A stretch of DNA of 64,000 bases from NCBI GenBank assembly GCA_025558095.1, contig JAIVFI010000026.1, forward strand, positions 248,001 to 312,000, in the 5' to 3' direction. The notes beneath the pieces were generated by a model. That model was given only the letters and a program-made list of their open reading frames with translations. It was not told the origin of the DNA and made no database searches. This stretch comes from Hyaloraphidium curvatum SAG 235-1. Taxonomy: Eukaryota > Fungi > Monoblepharomycota. Within the stretch, counting starts at the first letter, position 1. The number at the start of each line of letters is the position of its first letter. This document shows positions 31,791 to 42,960 of this stretch, piece by piece. The translations under genes were made by a program, and so were the position numbers.

Positions 31791-33329
31791 ATGGCGGAAA
31801 AGCTTTTCACGCCGCGCGAGTGGATTGCTTTGTTCCCGGCGCAGCCCCCCGACGACGGGGACGCGACGTTCCTCGGAGATGCTCCGCCCGACCCCGCCGC
31901 GGCTTTGCGCGCCGCCGAGCCCCTGACTTTCGATGTGCTTCTTTCTGCGGTGCCTGATCCTCTGCTCCGGTGGCAGATGCGTGCAGCGTGGTCGCTGGAG
32001 CCGCTATCGGTTCGCATTCTGTTGCGGTACGGAGCGCTCTTCTCACTGGCTCTGGTACTTTGCGGCTCCGTCTGGACATTGAACACGGGTGTCTATGGCG
32101 GGCCACAGATCACCGCGGCGTTTACGGGGTACTCCGGCGTTGCGGCGCTCACGATGGCGCTGTTCGTGGCAACGCGCTTCCGCGAGGACGGCTGGGCCGC
32201 GCTCTACCGCCCATTCCGCAGGCCTGTAGCCACGACGGCACCCGCCGCCGCGCCTTTGGATGTGAGCACCCACCCCTTTGCCGGCCTCGCACGCTGGTGC
32301 CAGCTTGTCGGGCTTTCTCCAGCATTTTCGGGCTATGCCGACCTGCTTTCCGCTCCCGAAGCCGGCCGCCTCGTCGAGCACCGCGATGGTGACCGCGATT
32401 GCCCGTGCGCGCTCCCATCGTGCATGGGTGGCGCCCCGGGCTCGATAGGGCTTCACCGGATCGCGGCGACCGCAATGTACTTCGCCGTGGAGCTGGTCGA
32501 ATGGCTTCTGCTCGTGTGGTCTCCCGTTGTTGTGCTCTCATCGAGAACCTGGACTTCGCGTTGGGCAGCGCCCACCGCTGCCGTCTACCGTGGGTCGGCG
32601 CTCGCGCCTAGCGCTTTTGCGCCCGTCACTGATCTTGTGCCCGCACCAGTATTCGTAGTTGTTGTTCATTCGGTGCCGACTGCCGTGGGAATCACGACGA
32701 CCGCCGTGCCAGCCCTCACCCTTGCCAGGAAGTTGCACCGCCGCGCAGTAAAGCTCGCCCTGCAAGACCTCCTCTCCCGGTGCTCCTCCCCCACCCCGTT
32801 GGCCGATCCCAGCCCCGACGAACCGTATGTCCAGCTGCATCTTGCTCTCGCCGCCACCTACGTTACGCAGCTCCGCTTCGTCTCCAACGGCCAGGCTGTG
32901 GTCCTCACCGCCGGAGCCGCCATCGTCGTTGCCGCCGCCGCCAACGCCGCTGTTGGGCAATGTATTCCCGCCTACCTAGTCCTAATGGCGTGCTACCTCA
33001 CCCTTGGGCCTTCGTGGCACATGTCCTTCGTGGCGGTCTGGAACAGCAGCATCGCCTCGGTTACGGACCTCTACCTCGGGGCGCGGACCGCTCTCGCCCT
33101 CCTCGGACCCCGGTCTGCGCACCCCGAGACCGTTGAGCGGCACATGCACGTGCTCGAGCTGCTTGCCGATGGCATGACCGCGCGCCGGGGGAGATTCCTC
33201 GGGTTCGCGGTCGGACTGGGAACCGTGCGGACCTACCTGGCAACGCTCTTCACTGTCGCGCTTGGGCTGTGGACGCTGTTGCGCGGGGCGGGGATTGCGT
33301 TCGTGCCGGATTCGGTGTGCCCGGGATAG
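31791..33329 (+). CDS. Seven-TM membrane protein, divergent paralog of 8310..9836
   Basis: Shared motifs F(T/S)xxExxALFP, HP(F/W)AxxARWxQL, CPCxxxxC, LHRRAV, EPYxxLH, and GRFLGFAVGLGTVRTYLATLFTVALGLWTLLRG; a likely short intron near 32590-32649. Confidence 0.85.
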   Translation: MAEKLFTPREWIALFPAQPPDDGDATFLGDAPPDPAAALRAAEPLTFDVLLSAVPDPLLRWQMRAAWSLEPLSVRILLRYGALFSLALVLCGSVWTLNTGVYGGPQITAAFTGYSGVAALTMALFVATRFREDGWAALYRPFRRPVATTAPAAAPLDVSTHPFAGLARWCQLVGLSPAFSGYADLLSAPEAGRLVEHRDGDRDCPCALPSCMGGAPGSIGLHRIAATAMYFAVELVEWLLLVWSPVVVLSSRTWTSRWAAPTAAVYRGSALAPSAFAPVTDLVPAPVFVVVVHSVPTAVGITTTAVPALTLARKLHRRAVKLALQDLLSRCSSPTPLADPSPDEPYVQLHLALAATYVTQLRFVSNGQAVVLTAGAAIVVAAAANAAVGQCIPAYLVLMACYLTLGPSWHMSFVAVWNSSIASVTDLYLGARTALALLGPRSAHPETVERHMHVLELLADGMTARRGRFLGFAVGLGTVRTYLATLFTVALGLWTLLRGAGIAFVPDSVCPG

Positions 33330-33487
33330 CAGCGGGAAGCGACTCGTGATGAGGTGCCGAGACGTATGGGCAACCATCTCTTGGATGGCTAGCTCCTCAT
33401 TACACACTCTTTCAACTACAACAAACACCATGCAATGAGCACCTTCTTGTGACTTTGGGCATTTACTGTGACAATATCAGCTACGGG

Positions 33488-34374
33488 TTAGGTCAACAGG
33501 AGACCGCGGAATCGATTCGCACCTTCCTGCGCTGTGTATCCGCCGTCGATCACCAGCTCAGAGCCAGTTATGAAGGAGGACTCGTCCGATGCCAGGAACA
33601 CCACGGCCTCGGCGACGTCCTCGGGCTCGCCGTGTCTCCCTAAGGGCACCGTCGAGGCGATCAGGCCCGCCAGGTCCGGGGCGGCGCCGGTGTCGGGACC
33701 GAACTGGTAGACCGAGGACATGGCACGGGATGTGTCGGCGGGGTGGCCATTTCTTGCCAGAGCACTGGAGCGCGCTGACCTTTGTAAGCCCGCGCACTCC
33801 GAACTTGCTCGCGATGTAGCTTGTGATCGGATCCGGCGTCCCGATAATGCCGCCGTCCGAGCACATGTTGACCACGCTCCTGTACTCCGCGGAAGTGCTG
33901 CGCAGCATGAGCGGGATGGCGTGCCTCGTCCCGAGGAACACGCCGGACAGGTTGACTTTCTGCACGGCCTCGAACGCCGAGAGTTCCTCCTCCGGGATGA
34001 ACCCCTCGTCGAAAAACACGCCGGCGTTGTTGACCTGCACGTCCAGGCGGCCGAATTCGCGCTCGATCGTCTCCATGCAGGACTTCCAATGCGTCTCGTT
34101 TGTCACGTCCAATGGAATCGCGATGGCCTTGCCACCCCGACCGGCCTTCCTCGCTTTCCGCCTCCACCTCGGCGGCCACGCCCTCCAACGCGTCCATCCT
34201 GCCCGGCAGATCCGCGACGGCCACGGTGGCGCCCTCGCTCGCCATCCGCAGCTCGCACGCGCGGCCGATGCCGCGGCCTGCCGCGCCGCTGACCAGGCAC
34301 ACACGCGGCGTGCCGTCGCGGTTGACGAGGCGACGCCCGGTCGCGAAGCCGCGGAATCGAACGGCTCCGCTCAT
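33488..34374 (-). pseudogene. Classical SDR (3-alpha,20-beta-HSD-like) with two frame disruptions
   Basis: [45 protein letters not shown] are all present. There is an extra A at ~34156 (GAAA) and a frameshifting deletion at ~33745 that removes the IRVNSV-type segment before HP. Confidence 0.75.
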
Positions 34375-34774
34375 CGTGCGGTGGTGGCCGTGCGATAGGC
34401 TGCGTCGCCGAGATTGCCTTCGCGGCGCGCGGGAGACGGTGCCATGCGCGATCGGGGTCGATCGCAGACACTCCGCCGTGGGCCGCCTCCGCTCATCCGT
34501 GGCAAGCAGCAGCATCGTGGCCTGGAGTCAATGAAAGTTCAAGAATTAGGCTGAGCGCGACGTGTTTTTCGTCCGGGCCCGCCGCCCCTCGAGCCCGACT
34601 TAGGACTTGGGCGGGACTATTGACGAAATTCTCTTACGCAACCACATTGCGAACACAGATCCTATCTTCGGTCCCCTCCTAAACCGTGTGACGAATGTTT
34701 TACGCCTACTGCAGTGACAAAGGGTGAGATGGTGCTCGATGTCGAACTGCGATGTTTCCCCACCTCCCGGCCAA

Positions 34775-35300
34775 TCAAAGCATGCAGCCGATGGCGTAGG
34801 TCATGGCGTATGTTTCGACCAGGTTCCCGAGCCAGAAGAACAGCAGCATCCTCCCACTCAGCGGGTATGTCGTGTAGTCGAGGAAAATGCCGTGGGCCGA
34901 GGTGAGCGCCCACACGCCGACGCCGTAGCTTGCTGTCTCGGCCGGAGTCCACGCGCGGACGGCGGCCTGGCCGTACGTGGCAAACGCCAGAATGGTGAAG
35001 AGCGCGGCGCCGACGATGGAGGAGCCGAAGGGCTGTACGGGACGGCGGTCGCGGTCGTTGATCAGCGCGCGATACCGGCGGCGGGAGCGCCCGGAAACCC
35101 ACGAAGTACCCCATGCGCGGGTCGCTGAGCGGGCGGAACGGCGGCCCGCCCATCTCCTTCTCGATGCCGAGCAGCGGCTTGAGCAGGACGACCTTGGTCG
35201 CGATTGCCGCGGCGACGTTGGCGCCGGCGCCCGCGAGCACGGCGAGGGCGACGGACTTGTGCGGCAGCGCGGAGAGCGCGGAGGGGATGCTGAAGGCCAT
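34775..35300 (-). CDS. Small multi-pass membrane protein, two exons
   Basis: MAFSIPSAL...VALAVLAGAGANVAAAI spliced to PFGSSIVGAALFTILAF...GVGVWALTSAHGIFLDY...LLFFWLGNLV; about four hydrophobic segments. Confidence 0.65.
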
Positions 35301-35522
35301 ATTCGGGCGCGATGCGGTCGGAAGGGACGGGGGAAGTGAGTGCGGGCGACAGCGGCGGGACCGGGGTCCCCTGGTGGCGGGCGGTGTCATTGCGACGCAA
35401 TGGCGGCATTTCCATGAGCTTCCGCGCCGGACATGGAGCGTGGACGTCGGTCGCGCGTCGCTCCCAGCTATTGATGGGGCGTGCCTTCTTGTCTCTCGGC
35501 GCACTGCGAGGCGCGGATGTGA

Positions 35523-36394
35523 CTACTCCTCCTTCCCCTTCCCATTTTCCCTCGCCTTTTCCGCAAACACCGCAACCATCGCCGCCATCGCCGCCGGCAC
35601 GAAAACGAGCCACGTCGCGCCGACGAATATCAGCTTTGGAAACACCGCGGCCAAGAAGTAGGACGGCGAGACGGCCCCGTTCAGGATCAGCGACCAGCGC
35701 ATGACCCTGTATGCGAGGGAGGAGGAGGGGCCGGATGCGGGGAGGGAGAGGCCGGCAAATAGGGTGGAGAGGCCTTGGACGAAGTATCCGGCACCCTGAG
35801 CGACCGGATCACGGTGATGAGCCTGCCAACAAAAGAGGGGCGGCGAGGCTCACGTCAATGGCGGGGAGGGGGTATCCCGAAGCCATAGACCAAGGAAACA
35901 GGTTCTTTGCGGCTTCGCCGGAGCCGAGAATGCCGCCTTGGGAAGCTCCCTGGATGGTTTCCGGGCATCAGCTGCCCGTCCCCACGCCGGCCCTAGCCGA
36001 ACGTTGCCACTGACCCCCGGAATGACGCTCAGCGTCTCCGCGGAGTAGACCAGCGTCGTTATCGCCGAGTAGACCCCCGCAAACCCCACCGCCAGGTGGC
36101 TCAGATGTCGCTTCCTGGGGTCCGCGAGGCCGTAATGGAGCGCCACCGTCGACGCCAGGAACGACGGCGACAGCAGCCACGAGGGGAGGTACATGAACAT
36201 CTCGTCTGCCGGGGCCTTGACGAGGCCGAGCCCGGCGGCGGCTGCGGGGATCCGGTGAGATTCCGCGCGCCGCGGCGGACGCAGGGAGAGCGCGCACGGA
36301 GGCTCAGGGCGAAGCCGGCGGCGCCGACTGCGGACAGCGACGAGGCGTAGAGGCCGAGGCGATACACGGAGAGCAAGTCCACGCCCTCAGACAT
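35523..36394 (-). CDS. Hypothetical multi-pass membrane protein, multi-exon
   Basis: Hydrophobic exons LGLYASSLSAVGAAGFALSL, MYLPSWLLSPSFLASTVAL, LAVGFAGVYSAITTLVYS and WSLILNGAVSPSYFLAAVF...WLVFVPAAM. The middle exon is uncertain. Confidence 0.55.
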
Positions 36395-36671
36395 CGTGTT
36401 TGTTGGTGTGAAGTGTGGAGTTGAAGGTGAGTCAGGCGCATGGTTACGTTGTTGGTCCCTCGACACTCCCGCGTTTCCCCGACAAAAGGCTCGCCCATCT
36501 TGGACGACAAGCACTAAACGAAGGGGCAGAATGACAATCAATGGGTCTCGAACGATACCACAGTTGGTTTAGATTGGGCCTTGTAGTTGCGGCCATACCA
36601 ATCCCTTGCCGTCAGCGGAGGGACGCGTGACCGCGGCCGTCCCCCACCGGTCACTCGCTCCGCGCGCCGCG

Positions 36672-38625
36672 ATGGAGGCGCTGCACGCCCTCGGCGTGGC
36701 GCTCCTTGCGCTGTTGGTGTATACCGTCTGGCTGGCGGTTCGGTTCCGCGGGCGTGCGGCATTCAGCGCCGACCTGCCGCGCGAAGTGCCGCAAATGCGC
36801 GACGGCAACCTGCCGATCTTCGGCACCATCTTCCGGGTGGCCGCTGTTCGCTCGCTGCTCTACGACGAGATCCTGCGGTGGTCCGAGGAGCTCGGCCCGG
36901 TGTTCCGCGTGACGGGCTACGTGCCGTTCGTGGCGTTCATGGACGCGCTCGTCGCCGTGCACCCAAAGGACGTCGAGCACGTGCTGCGGGACCCCTACGT
37001 CTTCGAGAAAGGCGACGGCTTCCGCGAGGCCTTCGGCACTCTCTTCGGCGCAGGCATCTTCGCCGCGGACGGAAACCACTGGCGCGTGCTCCGCAAGACC
37101 GCCTCCAACATCTTCTCCGTGCGGAGCTTCCGCGACGCCTACACCCCCGCCTTCGCCGCCGACGCCGCCGTGCTCCGCGGCCACCTCGCCCGCGCGGCCG
37201 CCCGCGGCAAACAGGACCCGCAGGCCTGCGTGGACGTGCAGGACCTCCTCCTGCGGTCGACCATGGACTCGTTCGTCCGCATCTCGATGGGCGCCGACGT
37301 GGGCAACCTCGCCGGCGAGGGCACCTTCGATGCCAGCGGGCGCTACGTGCTGCCCGACGTCCCCTTTTCCAAGGCTCTCGACGGGATGAACACGGTGTGC
37401 CGGGCGAGGATGGACCAACCCTTCTGGAAGGTGACGGAGCACCTGGATGGCACGCGGAGGAAGCTCCGCGAGTGGAACGCCGTGCTGGACGACTTTACGG
37501 GGCGGATCATTGCCGAGAAGCGGGCGCGGCGGGCAAAGGGCGAGGTCGGCAGGAACGACCTCCTCGATTGTGGGTTTCACCGCGCGGATGGACGCGACCT
37601 TCATCTCACTAGTTCACCTCGCAGTCTACCTGGACCACAAGCAGGAAGACGGCTCGGAGCTCCCCGACCACGTCCTGCGCGACGCCGCGCGGAACATGAT
37701 CCTCGCCGGCCGAGGTGAGCACGGTCCTGCCTTCGAGCCGCCGCCCGGCTTCAACTCCTCGGTTCCAGACACCACCGCGCAGACCCTCGCCTGGCTCGTG
37801 TACGAGCTCGACCTCCACCCCGGCTGCGCCGACCTCGCTCGCAAGGAGATGGACGCCGTCCTGGGGCCGGACAGGGACCGTCTCCCGGGCTACGCCGAGA
37901 TACCGGAGCTCCGGTACTGCATGGCCGTGTTCCTCGAGACCCTCAGGCTGCACTCGAACGTGCCCGCCAACATCAAGTTGGTCCCTTGCCGCCTCGCCTG
38001 CGCACTAGGAATCCGCTGACTCATCCCCCCCAAAAACGCAGGTTCGTCGCCAAGGACTCGGTCCTCCCCGCCACCGGCGCCCCCGTCAAGGCCGGGCAGG
38101 CCGTCATCCTCTCGTCGTACGCCATGGGCCGCTCGGAATTGGTCTGGGGCGCGGACCGTTTGGAGTTCAAGCCCGAGAGGTGGCTCGACGAAAAGGGCGG
38201 GCTGAAGAGGGAGGACAGCTACAAGTACCCGGCGTTCAACGCGGGGCCGAGAATCGTGGGTCATCGTCCGGCCTTCCGCACGGGGCGGCCCGGCTCACGC
38301 GCCCCTCCTTCCGCAGTGCCTCGGGATGGACATGGCCAAGTGCTTCCCGTCCCCGCCGCCCGACCTTCCTTGCCTGACCCGACCCCGCCCCCTTGCCCGC
38401 AGACAGGAAGCCATGGTCCTCATGTGCGCCATGCTCCGGCGCTTCCGCCTCGAGGTGGTCCGCGAGGACGACCCGGCCAAGTGGGGCGACTTTGCCGCGC
38501 GCAGGGGGCGGTACGACATCCGTGGGTGCTCGGCGCGCGCTGCGGGACGGGAGGGAGGCTGATCCTGAGAAGAGGTGACGCTGGCGCTGAGGAAGGCGCT
38601 GGACGTGAGGGTGGTGGAGGTGTGA
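36672..38625 (+). CDS. Cytochrome P450 (resembles CYP86/94/704- or CYP52-type fatty-acid hydroxylases), multi-exon
   Basis: N-terminal TM; GIFAADGNHWRVLRK; AGR|DTT I-helix; ETLRL (ExxR); FKPERW; FNAGPRI|CLG heme motif. Confidence 0.93.
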
Positions 38626-38775
38626 TACGGGCGGGAGCGGGACGGGGTTTTGGCGGTTCGGGTGCGATCTCTGAGTCTCTGCTTTCGTAAGTTGGAATGC
38701 CCTGGAGGTGGTCGACGATGAACAGACAACTTCAATTGATTGATTTACGACACACTCTGCCCCTCCCTGGAGCGT

Positions 38776-40152
38776 CTAGAGCTTCGCCTTGTCCTCTTCC
38801 GCCCCCTCGCGCTTGAACCACTTGAACCCGCCGTTGACGGGGTCGATCGCCTTGGTGGGGAAGACGGAGTCCCAGTTGCCGATGCTGCCTCGACGTTAGC
38901 GCATGCTTTTCGTGCGGGCCGCGGAAGGAGGCTCACTTTGGCGAGTGGATCGAGTAGCCCAGCAGGCTCCTCATCCGCGGCGACATCTTGAGCACGTCGA
39001 GCGGGTTCACCGTCATGAAGTAGCTTATCCCCCCATGGGGCACCCCGTCAGCCTTCCTTCATCCGCACGCAGCACGGTGGAGACCCACTTCTCGTTGGTC
39101 CGGATGTACGGCTCGCAGTACTGCGCCGTGATGCACATCCGCGGCTGGTCGGAGGTCAGATTGGGACCGGCACCGTGCCACACAGTGCCGAGGTACACGA
39201 TCACGTCGCCGGGGTTCATGAGCGCGCGGACGTAGCCGCTGTCGGGGTCGGCTGGGAACGGCGGGTCAGTGGAAACGTGGCGGAGGAGGGTCGGCGAGGC
39301 GTACGGAGGCGCTCGGGGTCCCATTTGTGCGAGCGGGGGTAGAGGTACGTCGCGCCTGGCAAGACCATGAGCGAAGCGGGGCGGGAAGAGCGGGCAGGAC
39401 GCACCGTTCTCCTCCGTGAACTCGTCGATGGCCCACAAGGTGGCGCACGTGAAGGCCTGGTGCGGCATCGGCACGCGGATGAAGCCGTCGTCGTGGTGGA
39501 TAGGCTGGCGCTTCTCGCCCGGGTGCACCCTGGAGATTGGGGGTTAGGGCGACGGAGCCGCAGCCCGCGGCCGGTGAAGCCCACTCGATGGTCTGGCAGA
39601 AGAGGAGGAGGAAGTTGGGGAGGAGGATGTGGTCGAGGAGCTCCATGACGCGCGGGTGCTCAACGAGCTGGTCGAAAATGACGTGCTGGGGGGCAAAGGG
39701 GTCAGCACCGGCGACATTCCGGTTGAGGACGGCCCACCTTGCCGGGCAGCCCCATGATCCGGATCGTCTTTGTCCCCTCGAACCCGTTCCGCCCGAACCG
39801 CTGGTTCTGCATCGCGTGGACGGCCTCCTTGATCTTCCGCACCGTGTCCTTGTCCAGCACGTTACGGAGGATCACGTAGCCCTCCTCCTTGAGGTGGGTC
39901 AAATCCGCGACGATGCGCGGGTCGACCTTCCGGGAGGCGATGTTTTCCTCGGCCTCGAAGAAGGGCATGACCGTGGCGTTCTTCTGGTCGTTCAGGCTGC
40001 CAATTGCGGCAGTCAGAACGGTGCTCTTCCCGGTGGAGGGGAGGGCGGACGCACTATGTTGCGATGTACTTCTTCTGGCCCTCCTGCGACACCGCGGCGT
40101 CCGCGGCCACGGGCGCCGTGGGCAGCGAGGGCGTCGCGGACGTCGGCGCCAT
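38776..40152 (-). CDS. Phytanoyl-CoA dioxygenase (PhyH) family 2OG-Fe(II) oxygenase, multi-exon
   Basis: EEGYVILRNVL, PGEKRQPIHHDD (HxD), WAIDEFTEENGAT, GTVWHGAGPN, R..IT.QYCEPYIR; ends KAKL (PTS1). Confidence 0.9.
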
Positions 40153-40468
40153 GTTGCGGCCGGGGGCGGGAGGTCGGGCGCGGAGTGGGGGAGCGTGGGA
40201 GACGGGTGGCGCGCCCACCCGCGGTGGCAACCCCGCGCGGGACGACCCGCCTCTCGTCTACCAAGGAACGATGGGAATCCCGTCAATTGATTCGAATCCC
40301 GGGACTGCTTAGCTCCTTAGCTTCTGGAGATAGCTTGGAGCGGCTACGACGCTGGTGAACGAAGCAGTGATGCAGACGCGGCCCCCAGCTATCGGAGACA
40401 CGGAAGCGGGATGAGTCAGTTCGAGTCACCAACCTCACCTCCCTAAAACACTCAGAAGCAAAGCAAGG

Positions 40469-42415
40469 ATGCCCGTTGCTACAGACACATCTCCTCCCTC
40501 GGACCGCATCCCCGTCGAGACCTACTGGCCGACGGTTGGGGCGTTCGCCGCGGCGAGCGGGTCGCCGCCCGAGGAGTCCGCCTCCGCGCTCCCGCTCTCC
40601 GCCCTCGTCGAGCGCGCCGCCTCGCTGCTCGCCGCCAATCAGCACTCGACGCTGCCGGCGGTCAGCGACAAGACAAAGCTGCGCGGGTCCATCGACGCCC
40701 TTCTTACTGTGCGGCACGCCGAGGAGCTCGAGGCCGGCACAGAAGCCGCCGAGGCGGTGGACGCCCTGCTCGCCGCCGACGCGCAGAAGCTCAGGAAAGA
40801 AGGCCGCCTGGTGGACGTGTCTTCGCTCAAGCCGATGGATGGCGAGCCGCGGCTCTTCCTGCACAAGGGCGATATCACGCTTCTGTCGGACCTCGGTCAC
40901 CCCGCCCCCTCCCTCGGCATAGTCAACGCCGCCAACCATGACCTCATCGGCTGCCACCGGCTCGACCACCCGTGCATCGACAACCAGATCCACCTCGCCG
41001 CCGGGCCCCTCCTGCGGGACGCCTGCGCCGCGTACTCGAAAAAGTTCCGCGGATCCCACGGCGAGCCCGCGGGGACCGCCGTGGTCACCCCTTCCTTCTC
41101 CCTGCGTCATCGAGGCATCACTCACGTGCTGCACACCGTCGGGCCCAAGGTCTCGGGGACGATCAGGCCGCACGACCCCGAGAGGCTCGAGGGGTGCTAC
41201 CGTTCCCTGCTCGACGCCTCCCGCGAGGCCGGGATCAGGAACCTGGCCATCTGCGCCGTATCGACGGGTGTGTTTGGCTACCCGGTCAAGCCCGCCGCGG
41301 AGGTGGCTGCAAGGGCGGTGCGGGGCTGGCTCGCCGAGAACGCCTCGGAGCTCCCCGCGGGCGTGCTCGAGCGGATCGTGATCGATTGCTTCTCCAAGTC
41401 CGACACGGAGCACTACGCCACCGCGTTCGGCGTGCCGGTGCCGGAGGAGCCCGCGCCGCCCCCGGAGCTCGCCGCCGAAAACCCGCACTTCTACACCACC
41501 CCTCCGCACGGCTTGCTCCCCGACTCGCTCGACCGCGCGGCGGCGATCCTCAAGGACGCCGACGCGGTGATCATCTCCGCCGGCGCCGGCCTTTCCGCCT
41601 CGGCCGGGCTGGACTACCTCGACGGCGCGCTGTTCAAGGCCAAGTTCCCGTGGATGCACTCGCACGGCCTCCGCAAGATGTACGATTTCATTGGCTGGGA
41701 TGACTGGCCCGATGACGGGAGAGCCATGTGGGCGTACCTGCTCTCGCAGATCGCCCTGGAGGCGTCGTGGCCAGCCTCCAAGGCGTACCGCCTCGCCCGC
41801 GAGATCGCCGCCGGCTCCCCGGCCCCGGAATCGTCCGGCCGGCCGTACTTTGTCTTCACCACCAACACCGACGGCTTCTTCGCCCTGAACGGCTACCCCC
41901 CCGAGCTCCTCTGCGAGGCGCAGGGCCTGCTCTCCCGCTTGCAGTGCGCCCTCCCGTGCCGCCACGACGCCGTCTGGCCGGCCGCCGTCTTCTCCGCCGC
42001 CCTGGCGGACGTCGACCCCTCCACGGGCGAGATCCGCGACCCCGCGCTGGTTCCCAAGTGCAAGTTCTGCGGCGGCGCGTGCAGGCCCAACATCAACGAC
42101 GGCGACGCGTGGCTCGGGGAGGCGTACCTCCGTCCCCGCGCCGCGTTCGCTTCTTTTGTCCGCAACCAGCGTTCCGCGGGGGCCAAGGTGGCGATCCTCG
42201 AGCTGGGGATGGGGTTCAACTCGCCCGCGGTGGCGAGGCTGCCGATGGAGGCTATCTGCGCCGCGTGGGGACAGAAGGGATGGTGCCGGATGGTGAGGGT
42301 CAACCAGGAGAGGTGGGAGGTGCCGCGGCCGCTGGCGGAGGCGGGGAGCGTGGGGATCGGGGCGGATGCGGGGGAGGCGCTGCGGGAGCTGCACGGCAGG
42401 GTGTTTCGGGCCTAG
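40469..42415 (+). CDS. Zn-macrodomain fused to a class M sirtuin (SirTM; Mfs1-like)
   Basis: Macrodomain GDIT, IVNAAN, GCHRLDHPCIDNQIH (Zn loop), HTVGP, STGVFGYP. Sirtuin SAGAGLSASAG, FTTNTDG, EAQG (no catalytic His), CxxxC/CxxC, ILELGMGFNSP. Intronless. Confidence 0.92.
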   Translation: MPVATDTSPPSDRIPVETYWPTVGAFAAASGSPPEESASALPLSALVERAASLLAANQHSTLPAVSDKTKLRGSIDALLTVRHAEELEAGTEAAEAVDALLAADAQKLRKEGRLVDVSSLKPMDGEPRLFLHKGDITLLSDLGHPAPSLGIVNAANHDLIGCHRLDHPCIDNQIHLAAGPLLRDACAAYSKKFRGSHGEPAGTAVVTPSFSLRHRGITHVLHTVGPKVSGTIRPHDPERLEGCYRSLLDASREAGIRNLAICAVSTGVFGYPVKPAAEVAARAVRGWLAENASELPAGVLERIVIDCFSKSDTEHYATAFGVPVPEEPAPPPELAAENPHFYTTPPHGLLPDSLDRAAAILKDADAVIISAGAGLSASAGLDYLDGALFKAKFPWMHSHGLRKMYDFIGWDDWPDDGRAMWAYLLSQIALEASWPASKAYRLAREIAAGSPAPESSGRPYFVFTTNTDGFFALNGYPPELLCEAQGLLSRLQCALPCRHDAVWPAAVFSAALADVDPSTGEIRDPALVPKCKFCGGACRPNINDGDAWLGEAYLRPRAAFASFVRNQRSAGAKVAILELGMGFNSPAVARLPMEAICAAWGQKGWCRMVRVNQERWEVPRPLAEAGSVGIGADAGEALRELHGRVFRA

Positions 42416-42960
42416 GCGGCCACAACGGTGGAGGACGTCAAAAAACGTGTTCGCTTGGTGTGCGTTCGATGGTGGAAAAAGGGAAAAGATACAGCACCAC
42501 GTATTCCCGTGTGGTCTCCCACCACAGTACTGACGTGGCTCATACCAGCTTAACTTCAGTGGTCTGACGAGAACTGGTGCTTTCTGGTAGATATGGCCGT
42601 ATCTGAACACCAATGATGCCCGGAGCAATATAACGCCGACGGGCAAAAGGACGACTAGCCTTGGACGCGGCGCGGCCTTGGGAGGCACCGATCCCCCGGC
42701 GGCGCCACGCCGCCACTCCGCCGCACCTTGCCGACTCCCCGTGGGCCATCGCCACTGCCAAACGGCAGCGGCTGTCTATGTTCCTTCCTCCCGACTTGGC
42801 GGCGCCCAATTTGCCAGTCGGACCCTCCTCCCGCGTCGGTGACTCCTTCCCCGCCGGAACCCACTCCTCCGCCGAATCATTCCCATCCCCGGGCGAGTTC
42901 TCCTTCCCCGTCGGCCTCCTCGGTTCCCCGCGCCCGCCGTCGGCCGAGCGGTGCCGCACG

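Noticed and set aside
40283-42688. 801-aa minus-strand ORF
   Set aside because: Antisense shadow of the macrodomain-sirtuin gene.
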